Shown: piece by piece, positions 1 through 9,850 of the stretch
How positions within the stretch are numbered: position 1 is the first letter of the stretch
Layout of the letters: each line of letters begins with the position of its first letter
NCBI GenBank assembly: GCA_017397935.1
Contig: JAFQHN010000015.1
Coordinates: forward strand, 2,746-66,745
Direction of reading: 5' to 3'
Length of the DNA stretch: 64,000 bases
Source of the DNA: Bacillota bacterium
GTDB taxonomy: Bacteria > Bacillota > Dehalobacteriia > UBA4068 > UBA4997
The notes under the pieces: generated by a model
Told to the model about the DNA's origin: nothing
The model's input: the letters and a program-made list of their open reading frames with translations, nothing else
Databases searched by the model: none
Translations under genes and position numbers: made by a program

Positions 1-2
1 TT

Positions 3-1466
3 GTGGCCGGTATTGTGGCCGAACACGGCATGGACGGTTTGATTATGGCCACCCTGCTGGCCGGTGTAATGCTGATTTTGATGGGCCTGTTCCGCTTTGG
101 CAGCATGATTAGGTTTATTCCTTATACCATTACCACCGGTTTTACCGCAGGTATTGCGGTGACCATTTTAATTGGCCAATTCAAGGATTTTTTCGGTGTT
201 ACTTATGCCAATGGCGAGGCGCCGGTGGAAACGCTGGAAAAGCTGTCGGCATTTTTCGGCAATATTGGCAGCGTAAACACCACGGCCGTGCTGGTGGGCT
301 TGGGCAGCCTGCTGATTATGACGGTTTGGCCGAAGTTGAACGATAAAATTCCGCCTTCCCTGATTGCTGTTATCGTTGGTAGTCTGGTGGTACAGGTGCT
401 GGATTTGAATGTGAATACTATCGGTGATTTGTATACCATTACCAACCAGCCGCCCACCTTCCATATGCCCAATTTAAGCCTGGATTTGGCAAAAACCGTC
501 AGCAAAGACGCCTTTACCATTGCGGTGCTGGCTGCCATTGAATCGCTGCTTTCCTGCGTGGTGGCCGACAGTATGACCAATACCAAGCACCGCCCCAATG
601 TAGAGCTTATGGGCCAGGGCCTGGGTAATATTGCCTCGGCGCTGTTTGGCGGTATCCCTGCCACCGGTGCCATTGCCCGTACCGCTGCCAATATTAAAAG
701 CGGCGGCAGAACTCCTGTTTCCGGTATGATTCACGCAGTTGTGCTGTTGTTGATTTTGGTAATCTTTATGCCTTATGCGGCGCTTATCCCCATGCCGGTT
801 ATTGCTTCTATCCTGTTTATCGTTGCGTATAATATGTGCCAATGGCGGCCTTTTCTGCACCTGCTTAAAACCGCAGGCCGCAGCGACGTTATTGTGCTGA
901 TTTTAACCTTTATTCTAACCATTGTCTTTGACCTGGTGGTGGCGATTGAAACCGGCGTTTTGATGGCTTGTCTGCTGTTTATGAAGCGCATGAGTGACGA
1001 GACCAATGTTCGCAGCTGGAAGTATATGAAGGACGATGAATGGGACGACAGCGATAAATTCACCGAGGTACCCCGCCACATCCGTGTTTATGAGGTGAAT
1101 GGGCCGCTGTTCTTTGGTGCGGCCGGCAGCGTGGCTGAGATTAACGTTAAACAGTTCACCCGCTGTCTGATTATCCGTATGCGTAGTGTGCCCGATTTGG
1201 ATGCCACCGGCTTGAATGCCTTGGAGGAGCTTTATGACCGCTGCGCCAAGAAGGGTATTATCGTGCTGTTCTCGCACGTTAACGCCCAGCCGATGTATGT
1301 GATGAAACGCGCCGGCTTTGACCAAAAAGTTGGCCTGGACCACTTCTGCCCGCACATTGAGAACGCGCTGGAACTGGCCAAGCAGTTGACCGCAGGTACC
1401 GAAACCGACAAACATGGCCGCCCGCTGAAACCCAAGCACCATAAGCCGGAAAACGTTACTGCTTAA
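3..1466 (+). CDS. SulP-family anion (sulfate) permease with C-terminal STAS domain; 5' end lies outside the window (partial)
   Basis: Long hydrophobic N-terminal region with SulP-like TM segments, then STAS-like C-terminus (…YEVNGPLFFGAA…LDATGLNALEEL…); ORF runs from window edge; terminator hairpin follows. Confidence 0.8.
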   Translation: MAGIVAEHGMDGLIMATLLAGVMLILMGLFRFGSMIRFIPYTITTGFTAGIAVTILIGQFKDFFGVTYANGEAPVETLEKLSAFFGNIGSVNTTAVLVGLGSLLIMTVWPKLNDKIPPSLIAVIVGSLVVQVLDLNVNTIGDLYTITNQPPTFHMPNLSLDLAKTVSKDAFTIAVLAAIESLLSCVVADSMTNTKHRPNVELMGQGLGNIASALFGGIPATGAIARTAANIKSGGRTPVSGMIHAVVLLLILVIFMPYAALIPMPVIASILFIVAYNMCQWRPFLHLLKTAGRSDVIVLILTFILTIVFDLVVAIETGVLMACLLFMKRMSDETNVRSWKYMKDDEWDDSDKFTEVPRHIRVYEVNGPLFFGAAGSVAEINVKQFTRCLIIRMRSVPDLDATGLNALEELYDRCAKKGIIVLFSHVNAQPMYVMKRAGFDQKVGLDHFCPHIENALELAKQLTAGTETDKHGRPLKPKHHKPENVTA

Positions 1467-1488
1467 TCAAGTTACATAATAAATAAAA

Positions 1489-1524
1489 CCTCGGAGAGCA
1501 AACTGACTTTCCGGGGTTTTTTTA
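1489..1524 (+). terminator. Rho-independent terminator after SulP gene
   Basis: CCTCGGAGAG…CTTTCCGGGG stem (2 G-U) followed by TTTTTTT. Confidence 0.5.
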
Positions 1525-1641
1525 TTTCGCCTGTTTGGCGTTATTTCAGGCGTTTTCAGGCGATTATCAGCAGATGTGAGCATCCCTGCCTGCTGCTGAG
1601 TTAAACAGCCCAGGGGGCTTATTTGTGGCTTTAATAGACAA

Positions 1642-1681
1642 TAAAAAAGTGCGTTACACATTAAAATGCAACGCACTTAAT
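1642..1681 (-). terminator. Rho-independent terminator downstream of small minus-strand gene (hairpin AAGTGCGTT/AACGCACTT plus T-run on minus strand)
   Basis: 9-bp perfect stem with 14-nt loop; minus strand reads hairpin then TTTTTTATT. Confidence 0.55.
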
Positions 1682-1690
1682 TGGAATTGC

Positions 1691-1921
1691 TCAGTTAATT
1701 TTTTCACCACAATTAGGACAATACGTTATCCAAAGTGGCCCCAGGAGATTATCACATTTCGGACAACGCCAAAATTTGTAAAGGAAAATACCGTACACAG
1801 CTATCAGTGCAAGAGCCATATATCCAAAAAATGGATTGAGTGTAAGTGCCATTAACAGCATAAGAACTACAAAAATGCCAAGAAGTAATAAACAGATTTG
1901 TTTAATTTGCTTCAAATTCAT
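1691..1921 (-). CDS. Small membrane protein (two TM helices) with C-terminal CPxC…CPxC zinc-ribbon
   Basis: 76-aa ORF, hydrophobic N-terminus, C-terminal CPKCDN…CPNCGEKIN; own terminator. Confidence 0.45.
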   Translation of the reverse strand: MNLKQIKQICLLLLGIFVVLMLLMALTLNPFFGYMALALIAVYGIFLYKFWRCPKCDNLLGPLWITYCPNCGEKIN

Positions 1922-1968
1922 ACAATCACACTTTCACACTCTGTCGGCAAATCGCAATCCGGATTGTA

Positions 1969-3012
1969 TTAGTTGGCCGGAGTAACCTCGGTATCTGCTG
2001 TGGTATCGCCGTCCTCAGCGTTGGTTTCGGTATCTGCGGGAGCCTTGGCAGCATCAATCATGCTCTGAACATACTTAATGCTGTTATCGACATTGGCAGC
2101 ATTGGTGTCATCGTTAGCCATGGTGGCGCGGTAATTTTGCAGCAAGGTCAAGGCTTCGTCATAGCGTTCGCTGTTCAGCAGGAAGCTGGCCAGGCCAACA
2201 TTGGTGTTGTAATCATTGGGGGTAAGTTCCAGAGCAGCTTTGTAATACTGCTCGGCCAAATCTTTTTTGTCAATATTGAAGGCATAAGCAGCAGCTTTCT
2301 GATAATAATTGGACTTGGTAACAGCAGCTACATCATCACCGCAGTTTTCCAATGCCTGCATATACAGGTCGATAGCGGCCTGATAATCGGGGGTTAAATC
2401 AAATTTGTCATTCAGTTCACGGTGATAATAAGCCAGCGCAGCCTTGGCATCAGCCAAATCGGCCAGGATAGTCGGGTTGTTGGCATCATTAGCCAGTTCC
2501 AGGCCCAGCTCGGTTACGCGATGGTTCAAGGCGGTAATCATCCACTCGGTGGATTTAAGAGAAACACCGGTGCTGTCCGTGTCCATCAAAGCCTGTGCCT
2601 GTGCGCGCTGTGCCAGATAAGAAGCTACAATGTAAGCGTTGGCATAGGTCTTGTTTGCGTTATAGGTTTCGGTGGCCTCCAAGACCATCAAACCGTAATA
2701 TTCATCATAATATTCCAGCGCTTCATTATCAATGGCCTCAAACTCTTCTTTGGGAGCACCATCGGAACTCAAAAAAGCGGCATATTCACCCAAAATGGCG
2801 GCCAAAGCCTGAACATTAGCAGGGTCGGTCGGGTCAGCCTCATAAGCCTCGCGGGCAGAAGCAACCATTTTCTCGTAATCGGAAGCAGTATAAGTGGCGC
2901 TGCTGCCGAAGTTGCCGTAAGACATCAGCAAACCAACCAACAGCAATACAAAAACCACCAGCATTGCTACCCTGTTATTGTGTAACCATTCACGCATACC
3001 CATAATAGACAT
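1969..3012 (-). CDS. Tetratricopeptide-repeat (TPR) protein with N-terminal membrane anchor
   Basis: TPR-like repeats (AYxxLG…YxxAxxxY) through body; start placed at MSIMGM preceded by GGAGGAA RBS. Confidence 0.7.
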   Translation of the reverse strand: MSIMGMREWLHNNRVAMLVVFVLLLVGLLMSYGNFGSSATYTASDYEKMVASAREAYEADPTDPANVQALAAILGEYAAFLSSDGAPKEEFEAIDNEALEYYDEYYGLMVLEATETYNANKTYANAYIVASYLAQRAQAQALMDTDSTGVSLKSTEWMITALNHRVTELGLELANDANNPTILADLADAKAALAYYHRELNDKFDLTPDYQAAIDLYMQALENCGDDVAAVTKSNYYQKAAAYAFNIDKKDLAEQYYKAALELTPNDYNTNVGLASFLLNSERYDEALTLLQNYRATMANDDTNAANVDNSIKYVQSMIDAAKAPADTETNAEDGDTTADTEVTPAN

Positions 3013-3052
3013 CGAAAATTTCCTCCAAACAAAAAATAATTTGATAACTGAT

Positions 3053-3505
3053 TTATTTCTGCGCCGGCTCCTCATTTGAGCTTTCGGCTAAGCAATCATG
3101 GCAGATACCGAAGAAATCGGTGCGCTGACTAAAAAGTGCCCCGGGAATTTGCTCCTGTAACTCAGCGGTAAGCGGCGCAGCATAAGACGGAATATCATAG
3201 ACTCTGCCGCAGCTTTGGCAGAAGAAATGACTGTGCGGCTGTAAATTGGCATCAAAACGCGCCCCGGAACGGGTACGGGCAATTTCTCTGACCAAATCCT
3301 CCGCCAACAGCATTTGCAAATTGCGATACACCGTGCCAATGCTGATTTCGGGCAGATCCTGCCGCACAACCTCAAAAATTTCCTCGGCCGAGGGGTGGTC
3401 TTTGGAGTTTAGCAGCATATTGATAATGGCCTGCCGCTGTTTGGTCATTCTCTGAACCGAATGCGGCTTTATCGGCGGTACAGTTGGGGTGTTGGTAATA
3501 TCCAT
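3053..3505 (-). CDS. Fur-family metal-responsive transcriptional regulator (Fur/Zur/PerR; subtype not resolved)
   Basis: N-terminal winged-helix (…RQAIINMLL…HPSAEEIF…), HHFFCQSCG…CHDC metal-site motifs; RBS GAGGGA upstream of ATG. Confidence 0.75.
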   Translation of the reverse strand: MDITNTPTVPPIKPHSVQRMTKQRQAIINMLLNSKDHPSAEEIFEVVRQDLPEISIGTVYRNLQMLLAEDLVREIARTRSGARFDANLQPHSHFFCQSCGRVYDIPSYAAPLTAELQEQIPGALFSQRTDFFGICHDCLAESSNEEPAQK

Positions 3506-3515
3506 AATTCATCCC

Positions 3516-3941
3516 TCAATTTATGTATGTCGGTTCCGGCGGAGCAGATTTCTCCGGTGGGGCATCATTGGCCTCCACGATTTCCTCCTCCCCTTCCATC
3601 ATCGGGTCATAGGGGAAGATTTGTTCAAAAATCATACTCAACTGTTCAATTATGCGGCCAAAATTATATTCGGCATTCAAAAAATCATTGACTACCGGAT
3701 TCATGGCCACCGACATCATCATATCGTTGATAAAATTTTCCTGCTTTTGCAGCTCATCATCATTTTGGCAGATTTCCTGTAAATTAAACTGTTTGCGGCG
3801 GATATCCTGCAATACCTGCCTGTTGATTGGGTCATTTAACAGTCGTTCCTTGGCATCAAGATACTGATTGTATTCCGGGCAGGCACGCAACAGCTCTGCC
3901 AGATGATTGGCAGTTTGATAAATGTTTTCATGCTTGTTCAT
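3516..3941 (-). CDS. YlbF/YmcA-family (UPF0342) regulatory protein
   Basis: ~140-aa helical protein; start at MNKHENIYQ… after GAGG RBS; family-level resemblance only. Confidence 0.5.
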   Translation of the reverse strand: MNKHENIYQTANHLAELLRACPEYNQYLDAKERLLNDPINRQVLQDIRRKQFNLQEICQNDDELQKQENFINDMMMSVAMNPVVNDFLNAEYNFGRIIEQLSMIFEQIFPYDPMMEGEEEIVEANDAPPEKSAPPEPTYIN

Positions 3942-4178
3942 GCTTAAAACCTCATCACCACTATCCATAAAATTAAAACACATCTGGTTATACCGATAAA
4001 TAGTGATAACCATACATCAAATATTATACAGCATATTACTTGGTTTTGCAAATAAATTTAGTATTTTACCAAAAATTTATAAAAAATTATTCAAAAAATT
4101 GCTGTTGGCTATGTAACCAAACCCTGCCCTGCCAGATAAAATACTATATATTAAGTAAACGGCAAAAGGAGGATAAGC

Positions 4179-4757
4179 ATGAATTATCACATAATCCAGC
4201 CGGGTGACAGCCTGTGGTCAATCGCCCAAAATCATGGTTGCAGTTTGCAGGAGCTGCTGGCCGCCAATCCCCAAATCACCAATCCCAATAATATCAGCGT
4301 GGGCACCAGAATAATGCTGCCGGAGGGATGCTCGCCCGAAACCGTACCGCAGCCCCCAATGCGCCCCAATCCCATGCCCAGGCCCAATCACCAGCACGGC
4401 GGGCAAATGGGCGGGCAAAGCGGTTCGTGGCCGGCTATGCCGATGCAGGTGGAGCCTAATCAGGGGTTGACCGATATGGATGAAGCCGAGCGTGAGGAAT
4501 TGTGCGCTGAGCTTAGGAAGCTTCCCCGCCCGCTGATTTACGTTGTGAAGAAAAATGACAACATTTATCAGCTGGCCAAGTGCTTTGATTTGAGCATGAA
4601 GGAGTTGTTGCAGGTAAATCCGCAGATCCAAAATCCGGATATGATTTATCCGGGTGATAAAATCTTTGTGCCGCGCTCCCGCAGCAGCATCAATATGCAC
4701 AACCTGAATGAAGGGGGAATACGGTTTTGCCCCACCTGTGGCAGCAGGTTGAATTAA
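4179..4757 (+). CDS. Secreted/cell-wall protein with two LysM peptidoglycan-binding domains and C-terminal zinc-ribbon (CPTCGSRL)
   Basis: Two LysM motifs (GDSLWSIAQ…; NDNIYQLAK…), strong AAAGGAGG RBS. Confidence 0.75.
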   Translation: MNYHIIQPGDSLWSIAQNHGCSLQELLAANPQITNPNNISVGTRIMLPEGCSPETVPQPPMRPNPMPRPNHQHGGQMGGQSGSWPAMPMQVEPNQGLTDMDEAEREELCAELRKLPRPLIYVVKKNDNIYQLAKCFDLSMKELLQVNPQIQNPDMIYPGDKIFVPRSRSSINMHNLNEGGIRFCPTCGSRLN

Positions 4758-4812
4758 CCCAACAATGCAAAAACAAGCCGAGTGGATTCATTCGACTTGT
4801 TTTTTGCTTATA

Positions 4813-6126
4813 TTAAATTTTTTGAGAGAACTTGGCACCGCCCTCGCCAAACAGACGGTCCAGAATAATCGAAACGGCACTGCGGACAGAAAGATGGTTG
4901 TAAGCACCTGCTCCGTAAATGGGACGCAGAACATGGTCTGCTCTTGCCATCATCTCATCGGTAAGGCCCCAGCCGGTGCCGAAAAGTAAGAGATAAGGAC
5001 GGTCACTTTCGGCAATTTGGCGGCGCATTTCCGGGTAATCCACCATTTTGGGGCCGGCTTGGGCCGATGTAGCCACCAACAGCGGTTTTTGGCCGGTCTG
5101 GCGCTCAATATCAGCAATGGCCTGTTCTACGCTGTCGCAAAGCTGAATATGCCCCAATGCTTCGTGGCGGTCGGGGTTATAGCGCGCACCAAAGCCGTAC
5201 TCCCAATGCTTGACCAGAGAGCCGATAAGCTCCTTCTGGGCGGCGGCAGGCTGTACCAGATAATAACCGTCCAGCCCGAAAGTGGTGGCGGCACGGGCAA
5301 TATCGTGGATATCCAAATTGGTGACCGAGGTATTGATGACCTCATGCTTTTTGTTATAAACGGGATAATGCACCAGCGCTACCCACACACGGCTGTGGCC
5401 AGCTTTTTCGGCCTTGATACTGTCCAAAATCCGCAAATCCTCCTGCGTAAGCGGTGCTTTGGCCAGCAGCTCGGGGCGTCGCTCATAGGTACGGCGCAGG
5501 CTTTGCTCCCGGCGCCAGCGGCGGATCTCCTCATGGTTGCCGCCCTGCAAAACCTCGGGTACGGTCAGGCCGGCAAACTCCGGCGGACGGGTATACTGGG
5601 GATATTCCAGCAGACCTTCGCTGAAACTCTCCTCCTCGCTGGATTCATCATGGCCCAGGGCACCGGGCAGCAGGCGAATAATGGAATCAGCCATCACCAT
5701 GGCAGGCAGTTCTCCGCCCGTCAGCACAAAATCACCGATGGAGAAAACATCGGTGGCCAGCTGGTCTTCCACACGCTGGTCAATACCCTCATAGTGCCCG
5801 CAGATGAAAATAACCTGCTCTGCTTTGCTCAATTCCTGGGCTGCCTGCTGGTCAAAAACACGGCCGGCCGGGCTGGTGATGATAACCCGGGCGTTTTCGG
5901 TCTGCCGCAGGTCGGCAATCGCCTCAAACAGCGGCTCAGGCTTCATCACCATACCTGCCCCGCCGCCATACAGCTTATCATCGGTCAAGCCGTGTTTGGG
6001 GCCGGTGTAATCACGGATATTTTTTACATTCAAATCAATCAGTTGATTTTTTACGGCTCTGCCCACAATGCTTTGCTGCAAGGGTGCAAACATCTCCGGG
6101 AAGAGCGTCAAGATGTCGATACGCAT
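4813..6126 (-). CDS. trmD: tRNA (guanine37-N1)-methyltransferase TrmD fused to a C-terminal SpoU/TrmH-like SPOUT methyltransferase-like domain (437 aa)
   Basis: N-terminal ~245 aa is canonical TrmD (MRIDILTLFPEMF…GGGAGMVM…); C-terminal ~190 aa shows SPOUT-like motifs (LLFGTGWGLTDE…, NHLSVRSAVSIILDRL). Overlaps rimM stop; classic position after rimM. Confidence 0.85.
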   Translation of the reverse strand: MRIDILTLFPEMFAPLQQSIVGRAVKNQLIDLNVKNIRDYTGPKHGLTDDKLYGGGAGMVMKPEPLFEAIADLRQTENARVIITSPAGRVFDQQAAQELSKAEQVIFICGHYEGIDQRVEDQLATDVFSIGDFVLTGGELPAMVMADSIIRLLPGALGHDESSEEESFSEGLLEYPQYTRPPEFAGLTVPEVLQGGNHEEIRRWRREQSLRRTYERRPELLAKAPLTQEDLRILDSIKAEKAGHSRVWVALVHYPVYNKKHEVINTSVTNLDIHDIARAATTFGLDGYYLVQPAAAQKELIGSLVKHWEYGFGARYNPDRHEALGHIQLCDSVEQAIADIERQTGQKPLLVATSAQAGPKMVDYPEMRRQIAESDRPYLLLFGTGWGLTDEMMARADHVLRPIYGAGAYNHLSVRSAVSIILDRLFGEGGAKFSQKI

Positions 6127-6674
6127 TAGTCCAGCAAGCCCTCCGGAATTTTTACATCCATACGGCCGGCGGCGATGTCTACATTTAAGATGCAGCTTTT
6201 TAACGCAGGCAGCAGAATTTCGGGATACTTGGCATCCTTGGCGCCCTCGATGATGTAGACATCATTGGCACCGGTTTGCATGATCTCTGTGATAGTGCCC
6301 AACAAAACATCGTTCTCATAAACCGAGAGACCAATCAACTGGAAGTGATAATATTCGCCCTCCGGCAGCTCCGGCAGGGTGTCACGGGACACCTGCAAAT
6401 AAGTGTGCAGCAGGCTTTGCGCGGTATCGCGGTCCTCGATGCCGGAAAGTGTCAGCAGATACAGGCCTTTATGCTGGCTGCTGGCCAGAACCTCGACGGT
6501 ACGGCGCTGCTTTTCCAGATACAGTTCGGCCCCTTTAACAAAACGGGTCTCGGGGAAGTCTGTAAGAGCTGCCACCTTTACTTGGCCTTTAATACCATGG
6601 GCACCGGTAATCTCACCGACATTGATCATATCCTGCGGGGCAAATTTTTGACGGGCCAGCACTTTAATAGTCAT
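6126..6674 (-). CDS. rimM: Ribosome maturation factor RimM
   Basis: RimM N-terminal barrel plus PRC domain; between KH-protein gene and trmD. Confidence 0.9.
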   Translation of the reverse strand: MTIKVLARQKFAPQDMINVGEITGAHGIKGQVKVAALTDFPETRFVKGAELYLEKQRRTVEVLASSQHKGLYLLTLSGIEDRDTAQSLLHTYLQVSRDTLPELPEGEYYHFQLIGLSVYENDVLLGTITEIMQTGANDVYIIEGAKDAKYPEILLPALKSCILNVDIAAGRMDVKIPEGLLD

Positions 6675-6782
6675 ATAACTGCTCCTTTTTTATTATAAAT
6701 CAGCTAAAAATACAAACAGGAGAGCCTTGCGGACTCCCCTGCATGAAAAATCAATTTGTAAAATCGTCAGGGACAAGCGGCC

Positions 6783-7013
6783 TCAGACAATATCCAGATT
6801 GGCTTTTTTGCCTTCGGTCATGGCGGCAGCCTTCAAAACTGTACGCATGGCCTTGGCAATACGGCCCTGTTTGCCGATAACCTTACCCATATCTTCCTTG
6901 GCAGTATGCAGTTCCAGGTTGACGGTTTTGTTATCCTTAACGGTTTCCACAACTTCGACTGAATCAGGTTGAGTCACAAGAGATTTGGCTATGTGTTCAA
7001 TCAGTTCTTTCAT
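6783..7013 (-). CDS. KH-domain RNA-binding protein (YlqC/UPF0109 family)
   Basis: 76 aa, GKQGRIAKA KH motif; conserved position between rpsP and rimM. Confidence 0.8.
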   Translation of the reverse strand: MKELIEHIAKSLVTQPDSVEVVETVKDNKTVNLELHTAKEDMGKVIGKQGRIAKAMRTVLKAAAMTEGKKANLDIV

Positions 7014-7081
7014 TATAGGTCATCTCCCTTTGATTAGACTTGACTTTATTCAGACTTTACGGTATTGGTTTTGTGGCCAAA

Positions 7082-7339
7082 TTATTTTGCACGCTTTGCC
7101 CAGATACCGGTAGTTTTCAGCAGCTGTTTAACGGTCTCGGACGGTTCAGCACCGGTTTGCAGCCATTTCAGAGCCTTTTCCTCGTTGATGCAAATTTCGG
7201 TGGGTTCAGCAATCGGATTGTAGTAACCGATTTCTTCGATAAAACGACCGTCACGAGGGCTGCGGGAGTCAGCTACGATAACACGGTAGAAAGGAGCCTT
7301 CTTGGCGCCCATGCGACGCAGACGAATTTTAGTTGCCAT
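7082..7339 (-). CDS. rpsP: 30S ribosomal protein S16
   Basis: [35 protein letters not shown]… canonical S16; AGGAGG RBS. Confidence 0.95.
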   Translation of the reverse strand: MATKIRLRRMGAKKAPFYRVIVADSRSPRDGRFIEEIGYYNPIAEPTEICINEEKALKWLQTGAEPSETVKQLLKTTGIWAKRAK

Positions 7340-7407
7340 AATTTTTCACCTCCTAATTAATCTAAACTATATATAAATATCATTAAAAATGAAAATGTAA
7401 TACCTGC

Positions 7408-8823
7408 TTATCGGCCTAAAAACTTGGAGAATACGCTTTCAATGGTGGTGCGTCTGCTCTTGGTTTTGGTATTGCTTTTGCCCTTTTTATTGCGGGGCTT
7501 GTGGATGCGATCTGTTTTCATCATGCCGGAATCGGTCAGCTTCTTCATCACCTTGCGCATCTCATCAAACTGCTTTAACAGGCGGTTGATTTGCATAACC
7601 TGCATACCGCAGCCCTTGGCAATACGCTTTTTGCGGGAAGCATTGATGATGGAAGGATTCTGACGCTCTTCCTTGGTCATCGAGAGCACGATGGCTTCTA
7701 CACGGCGGATTTCCTTCTCGTCAATCTGCAAATCTTTCAGCTGCTTGCCCATACCGGGAATCAGCGAGAGCATTTCGCGCATATCACCCATCTTGCGGAT
7801 CTGCTGCATCTGGTCCAGAAAGTCATCCAGAGTGTAGCTGGCGGTACGCATTTTGTTTTCCAGCTCTCTGGCTTTCTGCTCATCAACACTGGCCTGAGCT
7901 TTCTCAATCAGCGTCAGCATATCACCCATGCCGAGGATTCGGGAAGCCATACGGTCGGGATAGAACAACTCCATAGCGTCCAGCTTCTCACCCATGCCGA
8001 CAAATTTAATCGGTTTGCCGGTGACGGATTTAGCCGAAAGTGCCGCGCCGCCTCGGGTATCGCCGTCCATTTTGGTCAGCACCAGGCCGTCAATCTCCAA
8101 CTGCTCGTTGAAGGTTTCGGCCACTTTAATGGCGTCCTGACCGGCCATGGCGTCAACCACCAGCAAAATTTCATGCGGCTGTACGGTTTCTTTGATGTCC
8201 TTCAATTCCTGCATCAAGGCTTCATCAATATGCAGACGGCCGGCGGTGTCGATAAGCACCATGTCATTGTTGTGGGCCTTGGCGTGTTCAACAGCCTGGC
8301 GGGCAATTTCCACGGGGCTTACCTTATCACCCAGCGAGAAAACTGCAATATCCAACTGCTCGCCCAGCACCTGCAACTGCTTGATGGCGGCCGGACGGTA
8401 AATATCGGCGGCAACCAACAGCGGACGTTTATGTTTATTCTTATAGATGTTAGCAATTTTAGCAACAGAAGTGGTCTTACCGGAGCCTTGCAAACCGGCC
8501 ATCATGATAATCGTGGGCGGCTTGCTGGCCATATTGATGGAGGATTGCTCCGAACCCATCAGGATGGTCAATTCCTCCTGCACAATTTTTACAACCTGCT
8601 GTCCGGGAGTAAGACTCTCCAAAATATCAGCGCCAAGTGCGCGCTCTTTAACGGTGGCCACAAAATCCTTAACAACTTTGTAGCTGACGTCGGCTTCCAG
8701 CAGAGCCATACGCACGGTTCGCATTGCCTCGTTAATATCTGCCTCGGTCAGCTTGCCCTTGCCGGTCAGCTTCTTAAAAGTGTCCTGCAATTTATCTGCC
8801 AAGCTGCTGAAAACTGCCATCAT
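7408..8823 (-). CDS. ffh: Signal recognition particle protein Ffh (SRP54)
   Basis: N, G (GLQGSGKTT, DTAGR) and M domains; C-terminal basic tail. Confidence 0.95.
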   Translation of the reverse strand: MMAVFSSLADKLQDTFKKLTGKGKLTEADINEAMRTVRMALLEADVSYKVVKDFVATVKERALGADILESLTPGQQVVKIVQEELTILMGSEQSSINMASKPPTIIMMAGLQGSGKTTSVAKIANIYKNKHKRPLLVAADIYRPAAIKQLQVLGEQLDIAVFSLGDKVSPVEIARQAVEHAKAHNNDMVLIDTAGRLHIDEALMQELKDIKETVQPHEILLVVDAMAGQDAIKVAETFNEQLEIDGLVLTKMDGDTRGGAALSAKSVTGKPIKFVGMGEKLDAMELFYPDRMASRILGMGDMLTLIEKAQASVDEQKARELENKMRTASYTLDDFLDQMQQIRKMGDMREMLSLIPGMGKQLKDLQIDEKEIRRVEAIVLSMTKEERQNPSIINASRKKRIAKGCGMQVMQINRLLKQFDEMRKVMKKLTDSGMMKTDRIHKPRNKKGKSNTKTKSRRTTIESVFSKFLGR

Positions 8824-8852
8824 CTCACCTCTTTCAAAAATTCTGTTATGTT

Positions 8853-9203
8853 TTATGCGTTTTGGGGTTCATTATTGCCGTTTATCAGTTGGCCCAATTC
8901 ATCGCAGGCAGCCTTAACCAGCGCCCAGCTTTGTTCGGCCTCGGCCTGCTGCAAGTTCTGCAATATCAGGCGCTCCCGGCGGTTTTTGGCAATCAGCCCC
9001 AACTTCTCGTCGTAGTTTTGCAGCAATTCTTCTCCACGGCGGATAGAATCGAAAACGGCCTGACGGCTGATATTAAGCATGGCGGCAATTTCACCCAGAG
9101 AATAATCCTCATTATAAGTAAGTGCCAAAGCCTGCTGCTGCTTATCCGTCAGCAAGCAGCCGTAAACATCAAACAGCAAAAGCTTTATGCCCAGCTTATC
9201 CAT
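8853..9203 (-). CDS. ylxM: YlxM/UPF0122 small helix-turn-helix protein (SRP-operon associated)
   Basis: Sigma-70 region-4-like HTH (…LSLGEIAAMLNISRQAV…); immediately upstream of ffh; start set at MDKLG with GAGGT RBS. Confidence 0.75.
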   Translation of the reverse strand: MDKLGIKLLLFDVYGCLLTDKQQQALALTYNEDYSLGEIAAMLNISRQAVFDSIRRGEELLQNYDEKLGLIAKNRRERLILQNLQQAEAEQSWALVKAACDELGQLINGNNEPQNA

Positions 9204-9321
9204 GGTTTCAACCTCATTCCGTGCTATCAAGTTTTTCAACTTGACACATTCAACTTGCTTATTATACAACAGCCTCCATGTTCTGTCAAGGGTTTTTGCT
9301 TAACATCCAACATTTTTTTTC

Positions 9322-9765
9322 TTAAACCAAACCTTGGCGCAGCCAGCGCACCAGCCGCAGCAGGATAACCGATAAGGCAACCCAAATCAGCGTGTAATAC
9401 AGGCAAATTTGCCCTAGAAAATTAAACGGCAGCGCAGAATAATCCCATACCCCGGCATCTGCATAAAAATTAAACGCCATGCCGAAAAGTAACTCTACTG
9501 TTGTGATAATCAGCCCGCATAACAGCGCCTTAGCCAAATCCGGCAAACCGCCTGCCCTTCTGTCCAGATAATCCACCGCCCAAACGCAGATCGCACCGGC
9601 CATCAGCATTGACCAATGAGTATGCCCCCGCCAGAAAATCTCAACCAGACCATAGCCCAGGGCACCGGCCAACAGCAGCAGTATGTGCCCAAAAAACCTG
9701 CTCTCGGCCAGACTTTGCCAGTTTTTGATATATGCCGTGTGGGATAAATTGTGCAAAATCAACAC
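9322..9765 (-). CDS. Integral membrane protein of unknown function (4 predicted TM helices)
   Basis: Hydrophobic 147-aa ORF; GTG/TTG start ambiguity; no family assignment possible by eye. Confidence 0.5.
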   Translation of the reverse strand: MLILHNLSHTAYIKNWQSLAESRFFGHILLLLAGALGYGLVEIFWRGHTHWSMLMAGAICVWAVDYLDRRAGGLPDLAKALLCGLIITTVELLFGMAFNFYADAGVWDYSALPFNFLGQICLYYTLIWVALSVILLRLVRWLRQGLV

Positions 9766-9850
9766 CGCCTTCTAATAAAAATTATTATAAAAATAAACCC
9801 CGCCAGCCTGGGTAAGCTGTACGGGGTTATTATGAGCCAAATATTAAATT

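Noticed and set aside
5017-6129. Long plus-strand ORF (370 aa) antisense to trmD. Similar long antisense ORFs are 7591-9015 (vs ffh), 13635-15227 (vs glnN), 24503-25777 (vs secD), 39134-40702 (vs ilvD) and 43551-45161 (vs ADH/transglutaminase).
   Set aside because: These are shadow ORFs in GC-rich coding regions. They lie opposite genes with strong homology signatures, lack RBSs, and have low-complexity Gly/Ala/His/Gln-rich products.
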